Position numbers and translations under genes: made by a program
Part shown: positions 25,988-38,934 of the stretch, one piece after another
Numbering within the stretch: the first letter of the stretch is position 1
How the letters are laid out: each line of letters opens with the position of its first letter
Source of the DNA: Amphiscolops sp. MND2022
Taxonomy: Eukaryota
DNA: 64,000 nucleotides
NCBI GenBank assembly: GCA_964187785.1
Contig: OZ076409.1
Coordinates: 87,608,001 to 87,672,000 of the forward strand
Direction of reading: 5' to 3'
The notes under the pieces: model-generated
The model's input: only the letters and a program-made list of their open reading frames with translations
The model's database searches: none
What the model was told of the DNA's origin: nothing

Positions 25988-28602
25988 TTCATTTTCCCAT
26001 GTATTCCTGCCACACTCAGATCAACTTTTTCACCGTGAGCAATTAATTTGTCAGGTAATTCCTTGACTTTGAACGATAGGCTCGCTCCAGAGTCACACAG
26101 AGCCAAGGTTGATTCTTGCCTTTTGCCAACTTGAATGATGACAGGTATAACTGGCAGAATTCCACTGCTCTTCAGTGAGGAAAATGCTGAATTTGGCTCC
26201 GCTTTTCGTTGTGGGTTTTCCACTCCACTTTCTTTCGGCCGTTCGTTTGCATCGCGATGCAGCAATCGATGATGCCGCCTGCTACAGCCTTTGACTCCAC
26301 ACGCTTTGTAAGTGCAACCTTTCACCACATGTTTTCCAGCCAAACAACAAAAGCAGAGTTTCAAGTCTTTGGCTTTTTCATATCGTGCTTGACAGGTCAT
26401 CTTCAGAAACTTCTCGCATTTCCACAAGGGATGTTTACCATCTTTCAATAGACAATCATGACCAGTCTTCTTGTCGGCACTGTCGTCAGCAAAGATTGAG
26501 AACGTAGAGCTCTTTGGCTTGTCTTTACCAGTCCATTTCGATCTGTCTGCGTTGGGGTTGCCTGTCATGAGAACATCTTCCTGCACCGCTGCTATCTCTT
26601 GCAACCATGTGCTGAACGCTTCCGGCCCCATGTAGTAGTTGGCATTTTGTCTCGTGTAAGTCAACCACTTTGTTTTCATGTTCAATGGCAGTTTTCTGGT
26701 CGCACTACTCAGGACGCCTTCTGACTGCAAGTCTCGAACATAGTTCATCTGCGTTAGAACTTGTACACAACTTGAAACTATTCTTGAGTATTTGACCAAT
26801 GCTACAGAGTCGTACGCTTCCACTAATGGAAAGGTGAATATTCTTCTCAGTTGTGCGTTAACTACCACTTGTGGTCTTTCAAAGTGCGCAACCAAGATAT
26901 TCCATGCAACATCATACATGTCTCCAGTGTAGCCTAGTCCAGCTATTACTTCCTTTGCCTTTCCAGTGACCATCGGTTTGAGGTGATTCATCTTCAGACT
27001 GATGTCAATGTTCGCAGCATGGACAGTCGAGAGGAACAAGCCTGACCACTCGGGCCATTCCAATGGGTCACCTGAGAATTCTGCTAACTTCAGTTTCGGG
27101 AGACTGGCTGGTAGACTCATGTTTTCGATTCTCGTGGGTCCGAAATGATTATGTGGGGGTGCAGTGAGTTTAACGGGGGGTGCAACATGTGGCGGTGCCG
27201 TATCGTTTCTCATATTGTTATTCGTTGTTAGCTGATTCGGACGTGAACCATTTCCAAACTGAACACACTGTGGTGCAGCCTTCTTCAGCGTTACGGGAGC
27301 CACCTTCGGGACAAAGAGATTACCCGAGTTGCCCACGTTTGCTACTGTTGGCGGTGCCATCTTAGCAGCTGGTTGAAACAACTTCGTTGTATGCGGCAAT
27401 GCACCACGTTGTTGTTGCATGGGGTCGCTTGCTAGGGCGATTCTGCATACATCATTCCCATTCTTTGTTAACTTATCATCAACTTCGATTTGATCAAGCC
27501 AAGAAGGTACCTTTTCAAACGGATCGCATTGGATGGGTGTTTGAGAGACGCTTCGCAAACTTGTATTTGCTCGGCTACTTCCCGCTCGAGCTATTTCTAT
27601 TTCCTTTTCTGAGATTCGTAAGGCTCTTGCCTTCTCCTCTCGGAGTTTAGCAATCTCTAGTTCTTCTGTGAATTTATCCAATTCCTCATGTTTCTTTCGG
27701 ATCTCGGCTTGACGTTTCTTTGCAGCTAGTTGTTCATCGATTTCTTCTTGTTTCTTCATTGCTTCCAGTTCAAGGAGCATCACTCGCTTTGTAGTAGTTG
27801 ACTTTGAACTAACTGATGTTCTCTTGCCCTTTGAATGTGCCTTGCTTGCACACTGATCTCTTTCTTCAGGTAGCGAATTCACCTCATTAACACAACGATT
27901 CTCAAACGAATAGCGTCTATCGGTACCTTGTGCCACTTCTTCATTCGCTTTCTTCTGAGGAGAAGTGTCACGGGACTTTAGTTGTTGCTCTTGCCAATTC
28001 ACCCTGGCACGGGCCATGATTCCCTCCATACGATGCAACTCACTGTATATTGAAGTATCTCCACTGTGTTTCAACAACTCATCCATCCCGGCCACAATTT
28101 CATCTCTTCTTTTGAGGGTTTCTTCGTTTGTTTCTTCCAATGCTTTTAATCCTCTGAGTTGCAAAGAGTATCCCGATTTTTATTGATTTCATCTTCGTAT
28201 TTTTTGAAGCATTTCATCACATTTCTCTTTGGAGTTTTGAAGTTGTAGGAACTCCTTCAACTGTCCTTAGTTCTTTACGCTCCGCATCATTCTGAGCATC
28301 TGACCGATGTTTTTATGTCGTGTTTCCAAGGAATCTAATTATTTCCGATATCTGCAGAATCGGTCGCCTTTATTATCCGACCATTCTGGCTGATCCTTGG
28401 CTTTCAAGGGTGCTGTGTTCGTCCCGACGAGTCTCTTCCATCTAGGCAGTAGGTCTTGTCTGTTCGGTAGAAGGTCTGCCAGTTTTTCCTTCGTTACGTC
28501 TGCTTTGCGCAGCTCAGCATGTATTTCATCCATTTTTGTCTCAAAGTTTTGAATTGCTTTCATGTTGCTCTCCCATTGTGGCTTGTCCATAGAACATTTC
28601 AA
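25984..28602 (-). pseudogene. gag: BEL/Pao gag and protease
   Basis: LPKLKLAEFSGDPLEWPEW, a triple Cys/His knuckle (CLLKDGKH..C, CFCCLAGKH....C, CGVKGCSRRHHRLLH) and protease ALCDSGAS. Confidence 0.9.
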
Positions 28603-29913
28603 ATGGTTTTCGATTCTTTTGTAATCAATTTTCTTTGGATCAGCCGTTTTTGAAGTGGCCCAAAACCCCAGAGTACACTAACTAATCAAAGGAGTCCAAA
28701 CTCTGCTGTGAAAGACAAATCCCAACAAGCCGATGAAGTAGCCCGAAAACCCCAGAGTACACAATAACCCAAACTCCCAGAGTACACTGTAAACCAAAGT
28801 TTCCAGTATTACCACTTCGAATACAATCTTACGTCTGCAGAAATAGCCCAAGCACCAGAGTACACTAAACACAGAGGAGAGCTCAGATGTGACCACTTTG
28901 CAGCACAAACAGTTTTGTATAGATAACCACCAGTCGTCGATCACTGTACACGTTCACTTGTTCGCACGATGCTCTTCTGGCTGTGTAGCAATCAGTCTGT
29001 GTGTCCGTCCAATTGATGATGTCCGCCCTATTGAATATGTCCGCCCAATTGATGGTGTCCCGGTCGGCGGACCAAATGTAACGGCTGCTTGATCCCTTCA
29101 CTAGAAAAAACTTTACTCCGCCCTGAATTCGGTGCTCGGCACTGCGGATCGTTACCGAACACTGCTTGCTTCTTAGAATAAAAGGACTGTATCTTGACTT
29201 AGTAGGATCCAATGATCCCGAATTGCACTTCTTCCTTATCTCTTAACACGTCCAACTCTCCACAACTTGAGAGTAACTAACTTAGTCGCCCTAAGTCTTT
29301 GGCGAAAAGTCGAAAAGAGGTGAAGAAATGAATTGAGAATATGTGTGGTCCTGAGACCCACTTTTAATACAGCTTTCCAATCAATTTGTGCCTGTCTAGT
29401 AATGGTATACATATCGTTTACAGTTATTCGATAAATATGAGTTGAAATATGAAGTATGAATAAATGACATTTAAAGCATAATATGAATTTATTTGCTAAG
29501 TAAACAAACTATGTGGTGGTTTTGACATGATTATTAGGTAGGCTAGAAAGTATGTTTACACTATGTAAATGTCATTATTTTCAACAGAGCTACATTCTAA
29601 TGTGGTCATATAGATAAATAACAGTGTTTACATTTTTGGCACAATGACCTTGAATATCGCACATGTGAAGGGTAAAGGGGGTTATAGTGGGTGAATGACC
29701 TTGAAACTTAGCCGATGTGTCCGCGTTAGGTTGTTGCATATGTGTGCTAAGTTTCGTGGCTCTACGACTTTTAGTTGTCTGGGGGGTTTTCGATTTGGTC
29801 CCCCTTGACTTTTCATCAGAATTTCATCTAAGTTTTTCAAAAGTTTAAGTCTTTTTTCTCAAAAAGCATGTCCCAAGAGGTCTTTCTGTGCTTTCGGATG
29901 ACTGGCGCCAACA

Positions 29914-32050
29914 AACAGGAAACGTACTGGTTCCCAAAACATTCGAACAGCCGGGGACCCAGACACCTATCAACCCATAGAAAAACGAACATACGACGAA
30001 CTTCTTGAGCTTAAACAACTCGAACAACTCAACCCAAATGACAATGCAGAGTCACGAAAGAAATTCCTTGACAATTTCGATTGGACGGACACCACCCTTA
30101 GTCCGTTCGAAAAACAAAACATCGAAGACATACTGGTACAGTTTCACGATATCTTTGCCAGACATCGGTTCGATATTGGCACCAAAAGAGAATTTAAGGT
30201 TAAACTGACTCCTAAACTGACTGCCTATAGTCAGAGTCTCCCTACCCCAATAAACCTCAAGGATGACATAACTGTTGAAATGGCCCTACTTCATCGTTAT
30301 GGTACCATCACAACCTTACCTTTTTCTAAATATGCAAGCCCCATTTTTGCACAGAGAAAACCAAATGGACGTCTTCGATTTTTGGTGGTCGATTTTTTGA
30401 TCTCATCACTCAAGACTATGTAAACAACAAACACCCAGCAAGCACCTTATCGGATGTAGCTCAGCATACGACAGGGAAGAAGTTCTTTTGCAAACTCGAC
30501 TGCTCCCAAGCATACTATTGTTTGCAGATGGCGGACTACCAGTCAATACAGATGCTGGCATTCAATTTTGTGAGTCGTACCTTTGTATACCGGCGTCTTG
30601 CACAAGGTGTTAGCTGTTCATTGTCTGCCTCCTCATCTTTTATGCGAGAATACCTAGACAAGGCTATTAAAGCAGCCAGTGTGCACAATACGTCGACGAC
30701 ATTGATATAGCGGCGAATGATTCAACCCAACTTTGCATCAATATTAAAACAGTCTTTGTATGTATCAGAAATGCAGGCCTCAAACTTACAATGGCTAAAT
30801 GGCATTTTGAGGTCAAACAAATTGACTTCTCGGGACGAACCATCACCCCAGAAGAGAAGGAGTCTCACCACAAACCGAAAAAGTCAAACAATTTCTTCAA
30901 AAACTCAAATTCCCAAAGTCCAAAAAATCCCTTCAGCGATACATTGGATTTCTCAACTAATACAGATGTTACATTCCGCGTTTGTCAGAAAAGCTATCGC
31001 TTTTCTTTGAACTACTCGAAGAAACATCACAATTCTGTATACCCAACACAGTCTTGGACACTTTCAATGAACTCAACCAACAAGTGGAAAAAAACATGCA
31101 GCCTAGCGCCTAGCCCTCAAACAACCGATAAAAAATAAACAACTTATCCTGATGACTGATGCCAGTTTCACAGCAGCTGGTTTTGCCATCATGATTGAGG
31201 ATGACTCAACCAAAAACTCCAATCCCGAAGGAAAACTTACGCCCCAATTGCATTTGGGTCAAAACCATTCATCCAAACACAACTCAAAATGTCAATCTAT
31301 GCGAATTCCTGGCAATTTATTTCGCGTTTTCCTAATTTGGACACCTTATGTGGAGAAGCGCCTTTCCTATTATCGTTTTTAGAGATAACCGCTCTGTGAC
31401 ACGCTTCTTCCAAACTAAAATAATAGCTCAACCTCTCTGGAATGCTTGTGACAATGTACTTCAGTACAACTTCGTCATAGCACATGTAGCAGGAGCTGTT
31501 AATGCAGCTGCTGATTTTCTCTCCAGAGCGAAATTATTCAGACCGAAAAACCTGAAATTAACATACGAAATGATGTTAACACACCTGCAATAGAATTAAC
31601 ATTCAATCCACAGGAGTCGCTGAGGAAGAAACCCTCTTCCTACTTCCTGAAGAAGCCCCCACAGAACAACAATTATGGGAACAGAAAAACACATTTCGTA
31701 ACACGGCAAAAACGGAAACTCACAATGACCCAGAAAATGATGTGTCAAAACTTCAAAGTTTCCATAAACCCACAGCCGGTACAATTGACTACAGAGAAGG
31801 ACACTTCAAAGATAACGCAAAAATTCGATCAAGTCCTAAGAAATCTTCGATATAAAATCGAAGGCGAACCCTACGACGAAACTGAATTCACCCACAATTA
31901 TCAATACAAGCATTACCTACAAAACATAATCAGGATTGAGATCAGACAAGATGTTCTGACAAAACGGTATTACAATGACACAGGCATGATATCCCATTAT
32001 CAGATCCTATTACCCAAACAACTCCTAGATGAATTCCTACATGCCCTTCG
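29914..32050 (+). pseudogene. pol: Gypsy pol, part 2 (RT, RNase H, start of integrase), frameshifted
   Basis: FSKYASPIFAQRKPNG, KLDCSQAY, YVDD, TDASF, AADFLSR and QILLPKQLLDEFLHAL, followed by an abrupt break. Confidence 0.88.
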
Positions 32051-33430
32051 GAGACAGGTCGGAGCTAGTCACGAAATTTGCTGAAGGGTCTGCAGCGTGC
32101 AGTGTGTGAGCCGACACCCTACCGACTTCTGGTTCGGCAGGAGTAGTGGCGGCAGGAGTTCGTACTCTGTTCAAGTATACAGTGAACGGGGAATGAACCA
32201 TTTGCTCATCTCCGGATGGATTGTAATTTGGTGACTGCGTAGTCGGCTCTGTCTCATTAGTCTCATCCCTGGAAGCTGATTGCTGGGCTTCCTCACTATT
32301 CGTAGCATCTTTAGTAACGTCGACCATGTCCCTTTCCTGAGGAATCAGGAAAACAGATAACCCAAAAAGGGGAAAAGCAGCTTGACGAAACGAAATTGTA
32401 CTCCTGTGGAAAGAATGTGCGATACCGTCTGGATCTCCCAGTCTTGAATATTCTAGATTCAGATGATGTTGTTTGGTCGTGGATTGATGTGGAGGATTCG
32501 AGATCGCTTCAAGAGGAGCCAAATCTCTAGTTGGAGTGCTTTGTTCGGCGGAAACGTGAAGATCGAGTGGAACTGAAACACGAAAAAAAATGAAGATACA
32601 GGAAACCAAACTCCACCAGAAACGGAAGTTGTCTGATCAAAAGTAGTGAGGACCTGATCAATCCCCACTTCAAATCAAGAGTGCTCGAAAAAATCTGATC
32701 ACCATTCAAAACAGGAAATCCGAAAATATACCTAGTTTAAGTGGAGAAAAACGAAATTTGTGTTGCTTTCTAGTCAGTTAACCTACATGAAAGACCTGAG
32801 TTTGAAGCAGCTTAGAAGCTAGTCCAATTGTTTTGCCATTTATGCATTGTCGAAAACATGCGGAAATACAAACCTCGTGTTGGGGTTTCTTTCTCTCCGT
32901 TCCGACTGGACATCGTCTCTCCAAATGAATGAATGGATAAGAAGGGGATCTGAATACAATTTGGTGTTGTCGAATACCCGCTAAGCTGAGGATGAGCTAC
33001 TATCTGTTGGAATTTAACAAACAAATGAAGTGAACTGGTAAAGCATAGTGATATGTGTTTTGGGAAAGTCAAAGTGTACAAATACGAATGACAGAATGAC
33101 AATGGAAGTAAGGAGAAGAAGAACGATGAGTTCTTTATAAACTGTATCACTTGAGACTGATAAACGTGAAAGCAAAGAAAAGCAAGAAACAATAAAGGCG
33201 TGGCGTTCAACAGAAAGGCAACAAGGCAAATAATCAACGTCGAAATTGTGACAATTGCATATCAGCTCGATTTTGACTGACTGAAAATGTGCTAAGTTTG
33301 ACCATATCTGCCAGTATAACTAAGCTGAGTGAGCGCGTTTTAACTACGTGAAAACCCAACAAGATGTGCAGCACATTGATCTCATCGTGCGGAAATGCAA
33401 AAGAAACAGTATATTCAGCTCAAGCAGGAA
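32051..33430 (-). mobile_element. Fragment of another LTR retrotransposon (part of LTR, PBS and gag N-terminus)
   Basis: PBS-like TGGTGATCAG on the minus strand at ~32705, followed by a low-complexity ORF (32037-32609). It replaces the 3' part of the Gypsy element. Termini are not clean. Confidence 0.4.
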
Positions 33431-34821
33431 ATAGATATTTCTGACTTCATTAAGTATTATTTGTTTTGTATAACATACGTCGGTCGTTCCATTTTCCTAT
33501 CATGCCGGAATGAGAGTAAGCCACTTTGAAACCACAGCTTCAAGAAGACCATTGCTTTGCAATTCAGTTGAAAATAAGGTACCATACCTTGTGTCGTCAG
33601 GCTACCCTTGCGAGATATCCGGGGTGCAGCACCGATAAGCAGATCAACCCTGTAACACCCTTCACGGCACCCGAAGATTCAATGCCGACGTTATAGACTT
33701 TGGAAAACATTCAAATTTTGCCACAAACTGAGAAACTTGTTCTCAAATAATTGTTCATGTTGCTTTTTCTCATAATTGTTCAAATTAAACTGTTTGTTGA
33801 CGTTGATTTACATGGCTTAATGCCCTGATTGTTTTGTTTTTAACAGCGGTTTAACCGTTGAGAAATACAAAAGAAAAAAAAAGAAAAACGTTCAATAAAC
33901 TACTCATTAGTAACAATGTTACTCATTTGACCAGAAGCAAACCCCTAACTTTACTCTCCAGCTATATTGTAGGAGCTTGTGTCATACAAAGCGGTAATTT
34001 CCACATAACAGCCTATTTATTTCGTGATTATGCAAGAAGTGTGCGAAAACAGTATGATGTTTCATTTTGTAAACAGCATAACAAACCATCCGCTCTAAGT
34101 ACTAGTGGATTAAGCTGCATTAAACAGTTTGTATTATTCAGCATTTACGGTATTTCTAGCAAAACAGCATAATAAGATCATTTATTCTGATGCTTATGCT
34201 TTACACTGTACTATAAGGAAATCACTCAGAAACAGCATGATTCAACTTGGAAACAGCATATGCGGAAATCACTCAAAAACAGTATATTGAACGCCAATAA
34301 CACAACGCTACCCAATTATGCTGCAAAATGCGGTTTTCACAAAACTGCATATGCAGAATTATATTGGAAAAGAGCAAAAAAGGCATTAATTTCCGCATTA
34401 ATCCGCCGCTACCTTGATGCTTTATTTAGACCTTCTAGGGATATGATGTCCTGATTTATTTTTAACTTTTGACCCTAGAAACATGACGTTATGATGATTT
34501 GTATAAAATTGCTGGTCATGCTACTAAAATTACCATCCAATGAAATCAATTGAAGAGGGACCCTGAAAACCACATTTTCCCCATATTCATGCAACTGAAA
34601 TCACACTCGGAATACAGTCACTTAAACCGGAGAAACACTTTTCATCACCTTCAAGTCTTGCAGTTTCCTCCTTTGTAAAAATAACTCCAAGTTTTCATTT
34701 CAAACAATATCTTTGATATTCAAAGATTCTTCTCAACCTAAAATTGTTTTCAACATGGGAAATAGAAGGAATAGACGTAAAAGAAGAACAGAATCCCAAT
34801 CTCCAGATAGAGACGAGAATA

Positions 34822-36215
34822 CACCTTTTGACACCCAAATTGAACAAAAGTTCAATTGAATTGAACAAAAGTACCTTTGAACTGAACAAAACGCCGAAAG
34901 TAAGATTGAATTGAACAAACTAAAATTGAATTGAACAGAGTTAAAACGAATTGAACAACGTTTGTAAGTCAACCTAAAACTAGTTTTTCCTCGAGACAAT
35001 CAGGAATGTAAGTCAGTGTATGATCATACCAAGCTCTGCAGTTCTCAATGGTGACCTCTCTTTGGGTTTAACGAATGAGTTCCGACATTTTATCAATTCT
35101 ATACTGAGTCAAGGTTTTCCGGCAACAACCGCAGGTGCTGGTTTAGTGAATTCATGCATTCGAATAGAAAGGCTCCGTTTTATCCCTTGTTTACAGGCAG
35201 AAATTGCAATCTCCACCATAGTCAACATGGGACTATATTTAGGCAGACGTTTGATCGAAAGCAGTCCGGGTATTTCTTCATTCTCTACATTTGAGTGCGG
35301 TGGAGCGTTGTTAAAAATGCAATATCCATCAGATGTTAGAACACTATCAAGTAAGAAATTTCCAAAAACAACTTGCAGGAAGTTTATGAATTTAGCTTTC
35401 GTCATGCCGCCAGTAATGATTTCAAAATGCTCCAAACCTTGATCAGCACTAACGGCGACACACACGGTGATGCTGGCACCTTTCTGTCCGGATACTGTTC
35501 GGTACGCTCGCTCTCCAGTTTTTGCTCGACCTTGGCTTCTTCGGGTATGGATATTGTAAATTTTCTTCATCGTTATTATATTTGGACTCATTAACCATTT
35601 CGCAAATTCGCGACGCGCCTCGATAATTTCGCGGGTGTTTCGCTTGACTGGGGTGTCCCGAACAAGTTTCACGGTAAAGCATTGGCCGTCCAAAACACGA
35701 GAAAGTGCCTGGTCTGTAAATGGTCTGAAAATGCTCCCTGATTTTTGAATTGAGATCCTTCAATGTCAAAAGACAATTTTTTTCCAGTTCTGTCACTGCA
35801 TACTCAATGATTTCGTCATCAATCTTTTTGGCGTTGCTGTTACCTTTCGGTAGATTGTTTGGTCGTCCACGCTTAACAATGTTGTAGGCTGTTCATCGGT
35901 TAACGTTTTAAATCTTGGCTAATATAACGAAGTCTTCTCCACTGTTGGCAGCGTCTAAGATCCTTTGTTTCGTTTCAGTGGATATCTTGGAACAATTTCC
36001 ACGAAGCATTTTTAAAAGTGAAAGTGCAATGTTCAACTTGAACGTAGTTTGTTCAATTCTAATTCACGTTGATCAATCTTTAATCAATCATTTCCGTTCT
36101 GTTCAATTCAATTGTATTTTGATCAATTCAATCTTGTTTTCGACGTTTTGTTCAATTCGAACGTACTTTTGTTCAAATCGAATGAATTTTTGTTCAATTT
36201 GGCTGTGAAAAGGTG
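34822..36215 (-). mobile_element. Tc1/mariner (IS630-like) DNA transposon, degenerate
   Basis: TIRs CACCTTTT(G/C)ACA(C/G)CCAAATTGAACAAAA with a TA TSD (34820-34821 and 36216-36217). The paralogous LTR shows the empty site (GAATACTTCAG at ~18771). Confidence 0.92.
35109..36010 (-). pseudogene. DDE_3-type (IS630/Tc1) transposase remnant
   Basis: N-terminal HTH-like region (ISTETKQRILDAA); catalytic region ...FNNAPPH...LPKYSPMLTMVE, compare the family motif DNA.xH...LP.YSP.LN.IE. Frameshifted. Confidence 0.85.
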
Positions 36216-37232
36216 TACTTCAGAAACAAGTCTTTTACAAGGTAATGCGACTTCAACTCAACTAATGTTTCTGAAAATGTAAATAACATCTTTGACAGGA
36301 ACCTAGGTATTGAGTTGACACACCCTTCACAAATCAGCAATGGAATAGAACTAATCTAACAAAGGCTAACAGAACAAAATAAAGCTAAGATGACACAGAT
36401 TCAAGAACCACTAAATAGCAAATTTGATGAGATACTTAAAGAAATCAGAACAAACAAAAACCCTAATGCAACAACTGATGAAGAGGATGTCGAGAGTATA
36501 CCACCCCGTCCTTCTAACTCAAAAGGTAAGAGTCTCAGGAGTGAACACGCATCAAACACGACATTGAAAAGAGATCAGGATGATCGGTTCTACCCATCCG
36601 AAATGAGTGAACTAAGACAACCATATAATGCTCTTGGAATTGAAAATGAAACTCTAGACGGAACCATTACAAGAAACGAAAACAGACAGGAAAACACCGA
36701 TCATCACACCTTGCTATTCGGAGATTCCGAAAGGCACCGACTAATGAAATTATAATTATTAGGTTTGGGCTGTTTTTAACAAGCACAATTGTTAACAACC
36801 AAAAAAACTGACTGTCAAGGTTTGGGTGTTTCCACTACCAACTAGGTGATATTTTCGAACTCGCGCGCTGAGTATTATCACAAAAGCATCTTCATATTCA
36901 CGAACTTCAGCTACATGTCTATGTAGACGCTCATTAACTTAGGTTTGTGCGTTGTTAAGCCAAACTCGCCTCTCTGTGTTTGTGAAAACTTTTCCATGAA
37001 AGTATACTGATGCATTTCTGGGTGCTTCACAATTTAAAAAGTGCGACTCTGGCTGTATCTATATTAAGTTGACAAAACTGAGGTGACTGAAGTCAGATTT
37101 TTGTCTACTAAAGATTTTTGTTTAAAACATTCGGAATAAAAATGTCTGGAATCGCGTTTTTGATAATAGAGTATAGGGACTTGTGGAGTTGATTATTAAT
37201 GGCGATGTTCAATTGAACGAAAAGATTTTTGG

Positions 37233-37543
37233 GATCTCTTTCACTATATCCCCCTACAGCAAAAAGGGGGGAAATAGTGAAAGGCTATTAAAGGCATGTA
37301 TTGCACATTATAATAGCGCAGATCTGCTCTTATCTAACAACGCTTCTGATTGGCTGAGTGGTGATTTTGATAAAAAGAACAAATAAAAAGTGTCGTTAGT
37401 TATGACGACATCAATTGATTGATAGAATAGCATGAGAGATTAGCCAATAGGAGATAAATATAAATGAGCCACAAACATTTATTTTCTCTAGGGGGGACAT
37501 AGTGTAACGAGTGATATAGGGGGGGGACATAGTGAAAGAGATC
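37233..37543. mobile_element. 311-bp Mutator-like MITE
   Basis: 21-bp TIRs GATCTCTTTCACTAT(A/G)TCCCC and a perfect 9-bp TSD GATTTTTGG (37224-37232 and 37544-37552). Confidence 0.85.
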
Positions 37544-37908
37544 GATTTTTGGGCACCTCGAATTCCCAGTCGAAGTATGCAAATGTCTTGAAAGGTCGAC
37601 ATTTTCCTAGCACGTATAACGTAATGTCAATTCATTTCTTGCAAAAATCTTGCAAGAATCTTGCAGGACAATGTGCAAAAATAATGCATTGACTTGCAAG
37701 ATCTTGCAAGACGTCTGGCAAAATATTTTCAAGAAATAAACTTTTTCAACTTAGGGTATAAAAGTTTTTCACTCTATTTGATTTGCTGGAGAAGTTCTCC
37801 AGGGGATGATAGGCTTTGAAATATGTTTGGTTGTATTGATAGCGCATTTAGGCTCTGAAAAAGATAGCCAGCACATCAGTGTCTTAAAGGGTTTGTATAC
37901 AGTTATTG

Positions 37909-38720
37909 CCCTGGTCGAGACAAAATGCGTTCCTTGCAAGGATCTTGCAAGATCCTTGTAAAAATGCAATTACTTGTAAGATCTTGCAAGGAAATTTGTT
38001 CCTTGTAAGATCTTGCAAGGAAATGTTTTCCTTGAAAGATCTTGCAAGGAAATGTTTTCCTTGAAAGATCTTGCAAGGAATTTTTTTTCCTTGGAAGATC
38101 TTGCAAGGAAATTCTTTCCCTGCAAGATTCTTGAGTTCAATGTACTTCATACTGAGAAATTATGTTAACGTAGTCGTGATTTGAGAATAATGTCAAAAAC
38201 GTTAATAACTATTATTTCAGAAGGGTAATTTAACAAATTGAAAAATAATTTCAATCGAAATATTACGCACAGTCTAATTTCAAACCAATAACTGGTACAT
38301 AACACAATTGGTTGGAAAAAATTTTCAGAATACTTCGAAACTGTATTTTAAATGTTGCGCCACTGAAATGTACTACTACTTTTCAAATAACTTCACTAAG
38401 ATCACACTTTTAGAGATATTTTCTAGAGTTTGCATCTTTTTGGTGGTTGAATCCTCTAGTAAGTAAACCCCGTTCTGTGACAGAATCAAATAGTCACGAT
38501 GCAGTAGTCAACTTGAAGTCAAAAACAATGAATATAAAAAATAAAAAAAAATTGTCGAGAACCTTCCACGAAATTTTTCTCCTTGGAAGAATCTTGCAAG
38601 GAAATTTTTTTTCTTGCAAGATTCTAGCAAGATGTCTTGCAGAAAAATGCATTATCTTGCAAGACCTTGAAAGAAAATCTTGCAAGATCCTTGCAAGGAA
38701 CGCATTTTTTTCAACCAGGG
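37909..38720. mobile_element. Non-autonomous TIR element with arrays of palindromic CTTGCAAG
   Basis: Inverted ends CCCTGGT(C/T)GA...AAATGCGTTCCTTGCAAGGATCTTGCAAGAT with subterminal ~29-bp repeats. A further right-end fragment lies at ~37635-37756. Confidence 0.75.
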
Positions 38721-38806
38721 TGTGGCTTATGATTACGACGAGAAACACTAAAACCGAAACGTTTTTTCATCGACATCTGTCCTTCCAGGTACGCTTACAG
38801 CGACTT

Positions 38807-38934
38807 TGGCAAAAACCTATTTCAAAGTTTTGTCATCATGTTTAGCAATTTTTGGAGTTCAGAAGGATCCTGGCAAAAACCTATTTCAAAGTTTTGTCAT
38901 CATGTTTAGCAATTTTTGGAGTTCAGAAGGATCC
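38807..38934. repeat. Exact 64-bp tandem duplication
   Basis: TGGCAAAAACCTATTTC...GAAGGATCC occurs twice (38807 and 38871). Confidence 0.9.

Larger units (their letters stand above)
21594..29913 (-). mobile_element. Full-length but degenerate BEL/Pao LTR retrotransposon nested in the Gypsy pol
   Basis: LTRs at 21594-22444 and 29077-29913, 5-bp TSD AACAG (21589-21593 and 29914-29918), PBS TGGTCCGCCGACCGG on the minus strand next to 29077, and BEL gag-pol motifs. Confidence 0.95.
17428..32050 (+). mobile_element. Degenerate, 3'-truncated Gypsy/Ty3 LTR retrotransposon with a nested BEL element
   Basis: 5' LTR 17428-19265 (TG...CA, preceded by CCTTG), PBS TGGTGACAGG at 19266, gag with two CCHC knuckles, protease LIDTGA, RT, RNase H (TDASFTAAGFA) and the start of integrase. 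The order PR-RT-RH-IN is Gypsy-type. Confidence 0.92.
33592..36708 (+). mobile_element. Solo LTR of the same Gypsy insertion, interrupted by a Tc1-like transposon
   Basis: TGTCG...ATCACA with TSD CCTTG on both sides (33587-33591 and 36709-36713); homologous to 17428-19265. Confidence 0.9.

Noticed and set aside
17428..36708. A single intact 19-kb Gypsy element with TSD CCTTG
   Set aside because: The second LTR is preceded by duplicated host flank and CCTTG rather than a PPT, so it is a separate solo LTR.
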